Of a DNA stretch of 64,000 nt, positions 10,570 through 25,300 are shown one piece after another. Below the pieces are notes generated by a model. The model did not search any database. It was not told the DNA's origin and was given only the letters and a program-made list of their open reading frames with translations. Positions within the stretch are counted from its first letter, which is position 1. The number at the start of each line of letters is the position of its first letter. Position numbers and translations under genes: made by a program. The DNA comes from Azolla caroliniana. Lineage: Eukaryota > Plantae > Polypodiophyta. The stretch spans positions 2,542,001 through 2,606,000 of the forward strand of contig JBHGNT010000010.1 of the NCBI GenBank assembly GCA_043228905.1, written 5' to 3'.

Positions 10570-10909
10570 AATGAGGACAACAATGCTTCAAGCACCTTCC
10601 AAAAGGAGCTCTATGGGTATAGGTAACCCCTTAGTTCTAAAGTTATACTTTTCTAAATACACTAAGGCTTTAAAACTTGGTAAAACCCTTATCCCCACAA
10701 TCCATGAGCTACTAAAAAAGGATCCCGAGTTGTGCCACTTACCTAAACCAATGATTTGCTAGAGAAACCCTCGGAACCTTCGTTCTTACCTAGGAAGGAC
10801 CAAGTTTCTTACCAAGGAGTAAAAAATTAGTGCACCACATATACATGTATGCACATTTTGACTTTACACTACATACACATTTATGCACATGCACACATAT
10901 ATTATCTCG

Positions 10910-11070
10910 TGCACATTGCACATGTAAGAGAATTATATGAGCACTATGCACATACTTTGCACACATGGGCACATTACACATGATACTTGCACATTGCACA
11001 TGTAAGCGAATTATATGATCACTATGCACATACATTGCACACATGAGCACATTACACATGATACTTGCAC
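10910..11070. repeat. Tandem 78-bp repeat (2 copies) in a TGCACA-rich tract
   Basis: Unit TGCACATTGCACATGTAAG..ACACATGATACT starts at 10910 and at 10988. Confidence 0.8.
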
Positions 11071-11399
11071 GTGCACATTTGCGTATAACAAAATTTCTAC
11101 CCTTCGTTTGAACTACTTTAGGACAATACATTCTTACGTTTTTCCTTACCTTGTAAAGGGTACATTAGAGGAATCACATATAAGACCCTCTAATTATATA
11201 CCTAAATCAAGGTAAAAACAAAAACCTTAGAAGCCTAAAAATCCACTAAATGTAATTGTCACCTAACCCCAACGGTAAAAAATATAGCTGTTGAAATGAC
11301 CGTTACATATTTGAATGTTCTCCCATTTTGAGACTAAAATTTCCCCGCGCTCACCCATATAAAAGTGAAGAGTGAGAGTCCATCACTTGTGAGTAGCCT

Positions 11400-13760
11400 T
11401 TTGCAACTATATGTGCTTTATGCTTATATCTTGAAAATCTATTTCAATCGAATGACTTGCCTATGTTGAGGCCGAGGGACCAGCTCCCATGTATGATTCC
11501 GCTCAATGGAATTAAGTTCAACTTCCATTGCTGCTTTCCAGTTTGGAAGAACAAGGGCCTCTTTTGCTGTAGTGGGTTCTTGTGATTGCACAACAGTGCA
11601 CAGTAAGGCAAAGTTGCATGATTGAAGAGGCCGTTGTGACCTGCGTGTTCTTTTCATGTTTGTAGGAGAACTAGCTGTATACTCATGAAGTTCAGCATCG
11701 GAAAGATGGGAATCAGGAATAGTGGCTTGAAGCCTCTTCGGAAGTGGTTGAAGCTGGTGTGTAGAGAGAGTGGAAACAATTGGAGTTGAGGGAGAGGTTT
11801 GAATTGTTGACTGAGTTAGAGTTAGAGTAGGAGTGGGTGGAGATGGGGGGCTTGAAGGTGAGACACCTTCGTCTGGAATAGGAGATTCCGGAGCAGCTGA
11901 GTTTTCAACCGTGAACTTAGGTGAAATGCTAGAGTCATCCATCTTGGACTCCAAAATATGAACATCCCTAGAGATGACTAGGGACTTTGATGTTCGATCC
12001 CATAACTTGTAAGCTTTAGATTGTGTGTTGTAACCAAACCTGAATGTCTTGGTTTTGGACTCAAATTTAGTGAACATAAGCATCACAACCAAAGACTTTA
12101 AATGAGAAACTGAGGGTTTTACAACTGTAAATGCTTCTGCAGGGGTCATTGCATCAATGATTAACATGAAGTAGCATGCACCACCAAGAATAGTGGTTTT
12201 CATTGAACCACAAAGAACCATGTGCACTAGCTCCAAGATAGATGTTTCATGGTGAGTGGCTTGATGAGGGAAAGGCTATTGATGTTGCTAGCAATTAAAG
12301 ACAAAAAACACATGGGGTATTGGGAGTTTTGAAAAGAGGAAGACCCTCAACTAGCTGTGAAGAGGAGAGCTTTTGAAGAGAGTCGTAGTTGAGAGGACCA
12401 AACCTTGCATGCCCAATGTGGGATCTTCTTGTGCCACCAAGGCGTGACAGCATTGAAGAACATGAAGAAGATGAGATTTGGATTTTTCAGGTGGCATAAA
12501 CCCCCTTCTTGTGTGCCACTAGTTACAATTTGTAGGCTGTTGGTGTCAATGACTTCCAAAACTGAGCTATCAAAGTAGACAACATAACCTTGCTTACTAG
12601 CTACAATTTTGTAGGCTGTTGGTGTCAATGACTTCCAAAACTTAGCTATCAATGTGGACAACATAACCTTGCTTAGTGATTTGGTAGACCGAAAGTAAGT
12701 TGGCGGAGATGTGAGGCACATGTAGTACATCTTGGAGAACGACAGGTCCCTCATTCAAAGAAGTGATAAGAAACACATTACCCACATAGGAAGCCTCAAT
12801 GCTTGAGGCATCTCCTATGGAGATTTGAGAGGAGCTGGGTTTGACATCATGCAAAACAGATTTGTCATAAGTCATGTGTGCAGTGGCACCACTGTCTTCT
12901 AACCAACTCATCAATGGTTGAGGTAGTTGGTCCAACCAAATGTGAAGAATGTTCTTCAATGCTGAGGAAAACTGTTTCTTTGGTGGAGTGGGCTGAGTTT
13001 GATTTTGGTGTAGGTTGACTTTTGTTAGACGCTGAGTTTGCTTTCCTGGCATTGTCCCTTTTCTTTTTCTGACAGTTGGGCTGAATGTGACCTCTTTGTA
13101 GGCTGTGTTGTTTGTTGGTCTTGGATTGGATTTGTTGTAGGAGTTGCCATGGTGCTTCAATTTTCCTTTACTTTTGGCATGTAGAAGGGTTTCATTAGAA
13201 GTTTGAGCACTTTTCTTCCTTGTGGCCCTGACTTGAAGCATGCCAATAAATGTATTCATATCAGATGTGCTGGGAAGAAGAGAAAGTGTGTCACAAAAGG
13301 TTGAGAATGATTCAGGCAACTTCATCATTGGACTTGCTTCCCAAGGAAACTAGTTCTTTTTGGAGACTAACAAATTGCGTGATTTTATCCATGATGTTTG
13401 GAGTGTCATGAATCTTGAGATTTTCTAGTTGACTCTAAAAAACTATCATTTGAGCATGATTAGCTCTATGATACCTGTTTTTGATGTCTTCGCATAGTTC
13501 ATTGGCTGTCTCTTCATTTGTATCTTGAAATTGACGGGCAATCCTCAATTTAATATTAAACACGAGGAAAGCATGAGCACGAGAATCCTTATCTAGCTGA
13601 GCTTCAATCTCAGCTTTAGATGATGTTGTTGAAGAAGATGAAGTTATCGGTGGTTTATTCTCACTACCATTAACTACATTTGGTAGACAATGGTACTGTA
13701 GCAAGGTCTTTATCTGCAGTTCCCAATCCAAGATGGACTCTTTGTTACAGTTGAATTTTA
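11400..13760 (-). mobile_element. Degenerate Copia element C (gag, protease, deleted integrase, start of RT)
   Basis: WELQIKTLL (gag), WLEDSGATAHMT (protease), GYNTQSKAYKLWD..ISRDV (integrase C-terminus), EPTTAKEAL..WKAAMEVELNSIERNHTWELV (RT start). Internal ~78-bp duplication near 12525-12675. Confidence 0.85.
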
Positions 13761-14974
13761 GAACCTACCACTACGTCATTACAACATTTAATGCATTGTT
13801 CTTTTCTCTTCACTCCTCCACTACATTAACTCAATATGTACCTAGGAATGTTTTTTCTCCATTCCTAAATGCAGGGGTTACAAAACCCACTCTCATTTAT
13901 TTAAAGGTTTTGAGCCTCATGAAGAAATATAATTCTTGCTTTAGCTTATTGTTAAGCTGCTGCTAGCCTCTTTAGCATCTTAAAACTGTTCATTATCATG
14001 GCAGTTGTTACTAAAATTTAGTTTAGAGCTTTTGGCATCAAACTTTCATAAAGAAAAGGTATCCAATCCTCTTTGGCCCATATGACTAAATGACAATAAT
14101 AAATTTGCTTGGTAAGGACTTTCCTATCAGCCAATACAGAATGCTTTCCGTCATCTGCTTGACAAGAAGTTTAAAATCTCTTGTCGATTTCCATTATCCA
14201 CTCTAAAAAAATGGTTCTTTATCCATGTACATCAATTTCACCAAGAAACAATAAACTCTTTTCAGTACTTGGAACATATCAGCATCATAGAATACTAGTT
14301 GGTAATTGCGAAAATAGATTGTCATCTAAGTCTGATTCAGTACATCATTAACATGAAGCAATGCATCAACATTATCGCGTTTAGGGAGTTACCATTGAGT
14401 TTGAAATAACATTAGATTAGAGCCTTTTGTATCTATTGGTTTTTCTCTTTTGCATTCTTTTTCTTGTCATCTGCATTCTTCTAATGTTCAAGTGTTGGAG
14501 GGTGGCAGCTCCAGACCTGCACTCTCTTTCATCTTTTTCAACAAGAGTCACCTATTTTATTCCCTCTTATTCCTATTTTATTGTACCTGTTTGGTATTAC
14601 AAGAGTCACCTAACTGCCAAACAACCATTTCACCCACTGTCCCCAATTTTGTATAAATAGGCTATACCAGCCTCTTTTGTAAAGACTTTTACTTTTGTTG
14701 CTACTTACAAACAAGCTCTACTCTTTGGCTGCCTCTAGACTGTCTACTCTTTGGCTGCCTCTAGACTCGCTACTCTTTGCAATCATTTTTCTACTGCTAA
14801 CAGCTTTCTCACAGCTTGGCTGTGTCTATTTTGTTCTAACGACTGTTCCGCTGCTGCTATTAACAGCTTTTCTCACATCAAGTTCTCTCTTGAAGTACCA
14901 GCAATCAGGTTTTGTGTGGCCTTTCCTACCAGATGGTGGCATGTAACACCAGAGTTAGTTTTACGTTTGTTTCT

Positions 14975-15500
14975 CTATAAATTTGCATTAGATTTTGTGT
15001 TCCTTCTGCTATGAATACCATAAGCAAAGCCACTTCTCTCATAATTGAGCTTCCTTACCTCTTCAATTAATTTAGAGGCGTTAGCCCCATCAAACATCTG
15101 GTTGGAGCCATTAGACAATGAGACTACCAATTTCTCCAAATTGTCTGGAAGATTCATTAGAACGATCAGAACGAATATTAAATTTTGTTTTTTATTGGAA
15201 GGCTTGCATGCCTAAATCTTGCAATTGATTCAATATGCCATTAAAAGTGGATATGTGCTCATTGGCAATCTTTGACTCTCCCGATTGCATAGATACTAGG
15301 TTTCTTATGCACTTTATTTATGGGTCTATGGTTTTCATATGTTGTTCTTAGCATTTCTCAAACTTCATCGGCAATGTTGTAGTCCTTGAGGTTCACAAGG
15401 ATTTCATTTGTCACAGCCATTTGAATATATATAATGGCTTTCTTATTCAAGCTAGACCATGGAAGGTCTTTCAAAGTTGTTGGCGTCTCACTTCCAGAAA
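14975..15500 (-). mobile_element. Copia gag remnant
   Basis: KKAIIYIQMAVTNEILVNL and NLPDNLEKLVVSLSN match Copia gag (UBN2-like) segments. Confidence 0.6.
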
Positions 15501-16039
15501 TTAAAGCTTGTGCTATCAAATATTCTAATGTCATGGAATGATTTAACGGAGTCAAGCAGAGAATTTGGCTTAGATGCAAAGAAAACTCAAAAGGAGAGAG
15601 AGGAGATACATGTAAGTCTTTGGATCCCCCTAATAATCTATTTAAAGGGCACTTGAGCCAGTTGACATTGGCCAAGTGACCCAAATATGTGTTAGAAGCT
15701 CTCAAGATAGCTATAGTGTGAAAGGGCTTTTGTAAATGTACAATGTATAAATGGAGAATTCTTGGGTCTTTACACCGTTGAGTTTTGTGTAAGCTCATAA
15801 TGTTGAAGGCCGTAAACATGGAGACATTGACTCAAATCATATCCGTTATCTATTCAAGCTTGATAACATATTCATTTTGGGTGAGTCCCCTCATGTATGG
15901 TGAAGTCATTTAATTCAGATATGAATACAAGTATCCACTGGGTTTGGGCCAGTGAGTTAATCAGCTAAAAACGTCTTGTGACATATTCTCTGATACATCT
16001 TGAACTTTAAAAGTATCATCCGTATTTCTTTTATCACAG

Positions 16040-19000
16040 GCTCAATGGCAGAAGAAAAGCAAGTTTGCTTTGCCCGATGAAGAAGAGGAAGCAATTTTAA
16101 CACACCAAGGAACTGCATTATCATATGTTGATGATTTTGAAGACAATCTCTCTGGGGAGGATGACGAGGAAGGGAAGGAACGTAAGAAATATAAAAATAT
16201 AAAAACATAAAAACACTGTTTCTAATAATATGTAAAAGCTGTTTCTCATGTGTTCTTTTTTATGAAAATACAGTGGATGAGGAGTTAGTGAGAAAGTTCC
16301 ATTTTGGTGGGGATTTTAATGATGGACATGCTGACCAGAGTGAAAGGGTGAATACATATGAGTACTTCAATGTTCATTTATTCAAGGAATATATTCAGCT
16401 TGATTGATTATTTGTGGTTTTCTATAGGTGAAATCCAAGAAGGAGATTATGGAGGAAATTATCGCGAAAAGCAAATTTTACAAGGTTTTGTTTCTTAGTA
16501 AATTTTGTCGAAGTGATTCACTATGTAATCTGTTCCTCTTTCATTCAGAAAGATGTTTATTTGGTATTATTCTATTGTTTTTAAACCTACGGATACCTCA
16601 TAACAGGGGCAAAAGGCAAAAGAAAAGGAAGAAGATGCAGAATTAAATGATCATTTGGATAAGGAATTTGCTGAATTGTCACGATCTCAGGCTTTGATTT
16701 CTCTTGTGCGACCAAAGAAAGGAAAAGCCTTTAGGAAGGATCTTGATACTGATCTTGCAGGTGATGGAAAGGTAAGTTTTCATAATTCATAATGATTATT
16801 ACTAGTATTAAAAAGTAAGAATATGAATATCTTGGTTGCTGATTATCTAATACATATTTTATGGTGTCCGTAAAAGCCTGATGACTTTGACAAGCTTGTT
16901 AAAGAAATGGGAATGGAGATGAGAGCCCATGCCTCTGACAGGGTGAAGGGAGTTGAGGAGTTAGCAGCGGAAGAAAAAGCTCTTCTTGAAGAACTTGAAG
17001 TACTTGAGCTTTTGCAGCTTGTGTCTATGTTGAGTTGGTAAACATTTACTAGAGTAAGTGCTTTCCAAATAACTAATTGACTGTGCCAACTCCAGGAAAA
17101 ACGTAGGAAACGGATGCTTGGGGAAACTGACTCTGATGACAGTGATATTGAAAATTCGCCAGCCAGACAAAATTCTTTGAGAGAAAAGAAGCGTAGACGA
17201 TCAGAAGTCTCAGGGGATGATCTTGGTGAAAACTTTGCAATGGATGATGATGAACCAAAGGTAGGCTGGGTGGACGAAATACTTGCTAGGGATGGCAATG
17301 AAGAAGAAGATTCTGAAAACGAAGATGATTCTGAAAGTGAAGAAGAAGACAATGATGATGAAAATGGCAGTGATTCTGAAGGTGGCGACTCCAGTGGATC
17401 TGAGGGTGCCAATGATGAGTCTGATGATGTTTGGGAAAAAAGTGATGAGGATAATGAACTAGTTTCCTTTCAGAAAGCAGAGAATCAGAAACTAGTGAAA
17501 CAACAAAACCTCAAGTCTTCATCAAAAAGAGTTAAGCATGAAGAAGATGGCAAGGGCAGGTCTGAGATCCCCTTTGTGATTGATGCTCCTAAGAATTTTG
17601 AAGAGCTCAAAAACTTGGTTGATAATCGATCAGTAGCTGATCTTCTTGTGATCATTCAACGGATACGAACATGCAATTCAATACGTTTAGCTTCTGAAAA
17701 TCGAAGGAAGATGCAGGTTCACACTCTTGCAAACTTGCTTTGCCATGATTTTATACTAATGTAATTTATTACAATGGAAGTTATTTCTTATGCAGATCTT
17801 CTATGGAATTTTATTACAATACTTCTCTCATGTTGCCAATGACAAAGTTCCTGCCTTAGACAAATTAAATGCATTGGTGAAGCCCCTAATAGAAATGACA
17901 TCAGAAACGCCCTACTTTGCTGCAGTATGTGCGCGTGAAAGAATAGTCAGGATGCATAGCCAACTTGTAGCAAAGTTGAAAACCCCAAGTGAGTATACAC
18001 GCATTATTAGTATCCCATAATTTTGTTACTTTATCTTGAATGAAAGTTTCTGTCAGGTTCTGATGGACCTTGGCCATCGCTTAGGAGTTTAGCCTTGTTG
18101 AGGATTTGGTCAATGATTTTTCCACCATCAGATTTTCGACATGTTGTAATGACACCCTCAGTCTTATTGATGACTGAACATTTGATGCGTTGCCCTGTTA
18201 ATTCTGCAAAAGACTTAGCTGTTGGCACATTTATTTGTGGGCTTATATTATCTGTGAGTTAACCAAAATTCCTTCTTCTTTGTACTGTTATTTACAAGGT
18301 GATCACGCAATGCTCTAGTTTCATGTTGATATTGGTTATTGTGCAGTAACAAGCTTTCAAAAATTCTTAGCTTCGTACTGTGTATGTGCAGATAGTGAGA
18401 CCAGCAAGCAGATTCTGTCCAGAGGCATTGTCTTTCTTGTATGCTGCTTCAGTATCAGCTTTACCTAAGAAAAATGGCTTGGAAGAATCAATCTCTCATG
18501 GAGTAAGTGAAAAGATAACGAAGGAAATCAATGCTAACTTTGTAATTGTCAGCATGTGAGTGTTATCTTTTCATTAAACTAAACTGCTAACATTTCTATT
18601 TGCATTGTTATAGTGTGGATCATTTATGCTGGAGCTTGTAGCATCTCAACCATGGCTAATGTTACTAAGTAAATTTTCCATTTCAATTAATGTGGAAGAC
18701 TTAGATTTTGGCTGGGTAATGACAGCTAGTAAGGATGATGCTTATTTTGGTACAGACAAATTCAGGTCATTGTCTATTAGTATCTTCTTGGAGATGGTTT
18801 CGTAAATGTTATTTTATAACTCATCATTTTTGTTTCTGTGACAGGATATCTGTTTTGAATTGCCTTTTGGGCACGTTAGCAGGATTCTGTCACATATATG
18901 AAGATATTTCATGCTATCCAGAAATTTTCAACCCTTTCATAGTGCTGCTGCAAGCTCTATCTGAGCACAAACACCTTCCTGTTGCCATTGTAGAGCTGTT

Positions 19001-19753
19001 GAATAAACTACTTGGACAAATGCAAGAAAATATTCAGAAACATGAAAAGGTTCGGCAACCATTACGCATGAGAATAAAAAAACCTACTCCAATCAAGCAG
19101 TTCAATCCCAAATTTGAAGAGAAGTAAGATTTTTTAACACTTTCTTTCATTCTGCACAACCATGTGGGGAGTCTGTTATTTTAGGAACAAGCTAAGAATA
19201 TATGGTCAGCAAAACCGTGGTGACCTTTATAATTGTCTAATTACAGGCTGTGTATGAACTCTATTTCTTAATCATTAACACTTTACGTGTTGTCTAGTTA
19301 CATTATTAGGGGCTATGCTAGAGCTAGTAGCCCTGGTGCAACAGACGGAGTTATATGAGTATTTTATATAGAGATGCACCAGCATCAAGGGAAAGGAAGA
19401 AGGCTACCTGGAACATCTCATTTGTTTTACTTAAAAGAAATTTCTTGTTTCTGGGTATTTGATTGTCATATTGTTTCTTCTTTTAAAGCTTTGTTCGTGG
19501 AAAGAACTATGATCCTGATCGGGAACGAGCAGAGGGAAAGAAGCTGCAACGGCTCTTGAAACAAGAAGCTAAAGGTGCAGCTAGAGAATTGAGGAAAGAT
19601 AACTATTTCTTATTGGCGGAAAAAGCAAAGGAAAAGGCTATTCATGAGCAACAGCGAGACGAGAAGTATCGGAAAGCAATGGCATTCTTGCAAGAGCAAG
19701 AGTCTGCTTTCAAATCTGGACAGCTTGGAAAGGGACGAAAAAAGAGAAAATAG
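16040..19753 (+). CDS. NOP14: Nucleolar protein 14 (SSU processome), 12 exons visible, 5' exon(s) missing
   Basis: GT-AG exons at about 16040-16181, 16274-16347, 16428-16484, 16607-16771, 16877-16999, 17096-17716, 17796-17988, 18057-18253, 18392-18502, 18613-18765, 18845-19123 and 19489-19753. Motifs: LTHQG, HFGG, KSKKEIMEEIIAKSKFYK, IPFVIDAP, ENRRKMQIFYGILLQYF, FPPSDFRHVVMTP, PIKQFNPKFEE, KQEAKGAARELRKDNYFL. Confidence 0.93.
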
Positions 19754-22327
19754 GCTGTTCTGATTTCAGAGCTACGAGCTAGTCATGCTGCAGTATAGTA
19801 TCGGTAAATGATAAGCAAATAATATTGTTGCAACTTATAAATGATTAAATGTATGTAGGGCTAATTTTCTTTTTTGTTACGTTACAGAGGATTAAGTGGC
19901 GATAGTTGAGGGCAATTGTATTTACTTTCCTCCGGAGTTTGATACAATTTTGGATGTAATATTAATTTTGATTTGACATGAAAAACACGAATGACAGAAA
20001 GATCAAAGTGTTTTCTACATTGGCGCACTCAATAGCTGCTTTGTATTTTTACATTTTTCATAATTACAGTGGCTTTGGACTTCATGAACACCAATATTAC
20101 AAGTCACAGCATTGACGGTAGTTTTCATTATTGGATGTATGTTAATATTAACGTCTTAACATTTGGTATATTTATTTTAATGTCTTAACGTTCATAGCTG
20201 CTTTTGTGTTTAAACATGTTTCAAGTGTAAATGAACAAAATTGACTTATGGCAATGAGAAACCTTGTTTAAAACATTATTCTTGTTTCAAGTGTTTTAAT
20301 CCTCTACGAAGTGCTGTTTCTTTAGTTCAGGTATAATCTTAAAGCTTTTAACCTAGCAATTGAAGCAAGGTCTAGAAATAATACTAGCAATTGAGCAACT
20401 TGAGAAAATAGGCCAAATAGGTTATATAAGAAACTTAAGTTGTGTGAAATTCGAGTTCAATTAAAGTCATTCGAGTTGCATCAAATGTCATTATAGCTTT
20501 TCATAGTGATCTGCTTTATTAAACTCATGTGATTTGAGTGAAATGACTTTTGCTAGTTTGTGAATAGTGGTAACTTTAATAGCAATAAATTGAGCACAAT
20601 ATACAGGATCATCATATATGTATACTGGCAACATGAACATAGGAGGTTTTGCTTGCTAGTGGTTTGTTCCAGGTTTTGGTTTTGGCATCGCCTACACAGC
20701 AGCATTTGTCACTGAGCTAATGGATCATCATCCGGGCCAAAGATGTTATATTTAGGGTTCATGTCTGCAATACAAGTTTGATTTGATAGATGTCCATGTC
20801 ACATCAGATCTTGTTCTAGAGGAGATGGACATTAATCTGGAATGGCACCAGGTTGGTTTGATGTCTTCAATCATGTTTGAGACTTACATACACTAGTCAA
20901 TTTCAACAATGGTAGATACTATGCAATACGAGGTTTAATAAATGTTGCAAAAAGTCTAATTATAAAAAATATCTACCTGATCCTAGACGAGTGAATGGCA
21001 GATGTCATGATTCAAGATGATCAACTCAGGTTAATTTATTTAGAGATGGTATATGTCATGATCTCTGATTCAGATGCCTATCTCAGATACTGAACTCATT
21101 TCTTGGGACATTGCTATATAGGCATTTATACCCTTCATTGTTTATCAAAGATGCTTAAATTTTTATGCAATTTATCATTATGCAAACCTTTCAACAAACA
21201 TAAGCAATTGAGCAAAATGAAAAAACCAGAAGAACCATCAATGACAGAACACACTAGTACACAATCAAGATCAGCCTTGGAAGGTACCATCATCATAGCA
21301 TACATAGTCAAGTGTTCTCTGGCCAATTCAGGAATTAGTAACAGCCTCTATGACATCTATGACATTAGCTAAATATAACCTATGCTAAGGGATTTAAATG
21401 CAGTTGTCGTTTAAAGGTATTTAATCCTGGAATCCGATACTAAGAACATAGTAAGTTGGCGATCCCTCACTTATTGGTATCATGATCCGGACTCTTTTAA
21501 CTAAATCTAAGACAAATTATAGAAAGGTATCTTCCAATTGGAGTACTATGATTGTTGAAAGCCGGTGAAGGAAGGGCATCCGCATAGAGTAAATATCACC
21601 ACAAAAGGCGTGCATTTCAACAACAGTAAATCTGAGAAACCTGGAGGATAAAGGTTTAAGCCTGTCAATCTGAACCCAAACGTAAATTAGTATTTCATCC
21701 ATTCAGTCATCCAAAAGAAGCAAGCATAACTTCCATCCAATGATGCTTGAAACCTTTAACCTGGAATGTCGAAAATCCCATATGCAACAAACTCATAAAA
21801 ATGCAACACATTTTTGTTCCAAAACCACACGGTTGCTTGCAGAAAATAATTAGTATGCTAATTCAATGTTTACAACAATGCCAGCTTGCACAGGAGATGC
21901 AATAGACACATGAAAATTCGATTTACTTGAGCATGTCACGGGGAAGCGTTTGCTTTGATTATAATGTAGTTTCTATGTAGAGTGTGAATGATAACAATGC
22001 CCCATGATTGATCATGAAAATTTCCTCTTTTAATGATGAATTTTGCTTGATGCCAATGCAGCTCTCCACATGATCTCCTGGGTGCAATGATTGTCATTCG
22101 GTGCAAACAGTACTAAAAGCTATCTGCTTTTGATCCTCAAAAAGTTTTGATGCATTCTCGATGTGAATGCAGCATCCCACTTCCCAACCATGCTTTCTCT
22201 GATGCCTTTAACATGGTCTATAAATGCACCACCTATCTTCAATGGCATGAATTATAACTAGTACATATAGAAAACAAAGATAATTACGTCCCTTTCTAAA
22301 GCAGATCTCGTTGCACCATTTTGCTCT

Positions 22328-25300
22328 CTATTCCTCTTCGTTAGCTGCCATTACTTGGCATGGCAGAACCCCCATCTACATCTGGAACACCTGGTGCACC
22401 ATCTGAGGTGTTCGTAAAATCCTTCTTCTTACCAAATGGATTCTTCGAATACGTAAGAAAGTCAAGCGAAAACAACAATATTGAAAAATTCCTGTAAACT
22501 TGGACAGGATAAAAAAGCGAGGCTCTTTATTTGAATGTTCAATCCATTAGAAACAGAGCAATGCATGACCATGATTTCAATATAACCAGATATAAATAAT
22601 ATCTTTAAAAAAGGATATTGTAACCGCATGCCACCACGGTCCGAACTTGCCAGTATTGCCCCTTGTAAATTATTGTGAACTGTAATAGCACTGTTCACAT
22701 CCTGCAGAGACCCAATCATACACAATCTGTAACATTTGCAGAGGTGGGACTGAAAACTACAAGCCCTACTCAATACTATCGAAATTCAGTTTAAGTTAAA
22801 TACTTACAATAAATTCAATGAAGCATACAGTATTTCTGGCCTGTCTGAGAACCTTCATCTGTTTGAATCCTGGCTGGCTGAAATGGTAGAAAAAAATATT
22901 TGTGAAAATGCCAAGAGTAAATCATATGGACAATTTCAGCTCAAGAATGTTTGGACAACGTCATTTACCCACTGAATATGCCTCTTAGCTCACTTTCATT
23001 TGTAGCCTCTCCCAAGTTGCCAACAAACAAAGTATTACAGGGTGGGTTATCCTTGGTATTCTGTAACATAAGAACAGTAAGGAGTGTTCTCACTTCTTAC
23101 AATCATGCATGAACTCAAACTACCTGAACAGCTGCATATCCAGTTGGAGATACGGTTGACAACATCGTCTGAGCGTGAGGCTGATGTGGGGGCATTGCAT
23201 AACCACCATAAGGATCATATTGTACACTTGTGGGAATGAAACTGCCAACCAAAGCCAGATATTCCTAATGAGTGCACTGACTAATAAGCATTCAGCTAGA
23301 TATTCACACATAGTCCAGGTTACCTTTGCGGAACCCAACTATTTGGAGGTGGCCCACCATATGGAGCTGTAGCTACATAAGATTGAGAATAATCTCCAAC
23401 AGTTCTTAATCTTTTACTCTGATCAAATCCAGGTGATTCAACACCACCCCCTGTAACTCCTAAAAAGGAGAGAAAATAAATATAGTTCATTCATGAATCA
23501 ACAAAATCTTACAAACTGGTTCTCTCTGGATATTCAGGCCATTCAACAATCTGCAGACAATGGATGTAATATAACAGCAACAGGCATATTTATAAAAAAT
23601 TTAAATTCGTATCAATTAGCTTTGACCCTGGTAAAAAAAACAATTTAAGATTTTTTTTCACAAGACATCACCTTAGTGTGATGTATTAAAATAAGAATAG
23701 TTTATAGCATTCAACATTACATCTTCCTAGTGGAACTAGAGAACCAGTATCATGCATGCATCAAACGAAGAACAAATTAGCATATTTTACTTATGAATGG
23801 AAGTAGTCTAAAACATCACGATTAATTAAATATTCGCTATATAATACTGTGCTACCAAAAATAGTAACTCTTACCACGTTTTACATATAAATTTTTTTTT
23901 GCCATCTCTGCTCGTAGAACAGAATTTGTTACTGGATCAAAGACTAGATTCTGCAGAAATAAAGAGCGCAAATGTAATTATTATCATAACAGATACCACA
24001 AACGAGAAAGTAAATCAGCATGTTACTCTGAAGTTTATTACTATATAAAAATATATAATATAATATATACACAAATACACAAGCACACGTTTAAAAGACA
24101 TGAAACCTCCATGCTAGATATGCCATGCATTTGTTATTTCTTGCAAGAAACTAGCTATGGGATTATCCCTATGATTAAGGTAATGGAGCTGTTCATAATT
24201 TAGCACGTAACCATGGCGATTGGACCAATAGCTCTTGTCTAACATTCATGTTAAATGTTGGGAGTGATGTCATGGTCACAATTTTGACTTGTGAGAACCC
24301 CAATAGTAATAAATTATATGTGGATATTTATATCAAGAATCTTCACATTAGTAATGATAAGGTGTTAAAAGGTAGCAATACTGTGACGTCTCATGCTGTA
24401 GTTCATGCAAGAAATGCTGCAAATCATGTTCAGATGAAGAGATTTACTGGCTCACAAACAGAATTTTTCGAAGAAGAAAGCGTCATGAAGAGGGCCCAAC
24501 CTCTACTGTAATTCATAATCACACAAATTAGTGACTCAAATCAGTTTTGTCAATATTCAGAAATTAGGGATTCTGCTGGCTGATCACAAATTAGAGCTTC
24601 TGTTCAACTGTCCTTCATGAATATGAAAAATCAATATTTTCTGACCCCTGGGTTACTGATAAGCAATTAGGGTTTCAGAAATTACAGGGTTTTCTGACCT
24701 GTAGGTTCATGTTTCCCAGTACTTTTGTTGACTGTGTGAACCACTCCATTCTAACATCTATGGGGCTTTGGGACCAATCGGTGTATTGTGTCAAATCTTC
24801 TACACTTTGAAGATCTTCTAGAGCACTCTTTTGATAATCATTCTTTTCGTGAGGGCCAATTATGGGTAACGAGGTGAAAATTGCTGCAGTTGAAGATCAT
24901 TGGGGCCAGTTAAGATTCACTGGTTTAAGCTTTAAAGGGCTGTATTAAATTTGCATCATATCTAAACCACTTAAACCAGTTGGGAAGCTCTGAACGTACA
25001 ATTCTCTAACTTTCAGGTGCTTTCTAAGGACTACATTACAACAAGCTTTTAACAGAAACGAGCTTGTAGAGAAATTACAAATACCTGAAGTGCATCTCGG
25101 GCAGACATTGCCATTGCAGCTGAACTAAAGAGAGCAAATCCCATAGCTTGCTCACCCTTAAAATTCATTTGTGACGCTTCATACCCAGGCCACCATCTGA
25201 GAAGATTCTGAAGCTCCCTTTCCTTAACATCCGCAGGAAATCCAAGAATAAATATCGTTCTCACCTACAAAAGAATGTACAAAGAAGATATATCATCTTG

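Noticed and set aside
14493-14931. Possible solo LTR (TGTTGGAG...CCTACCA with a TATA box)
   Set aside because: No TSD, convincing PBS or second copy in the window.
20900-22300. Possible spliced 3' UTR of the RRM gene (NMD autoregulation)
   Set aside because: Only scattered GT/AG-like motifs; cannot be supported without transcripts.
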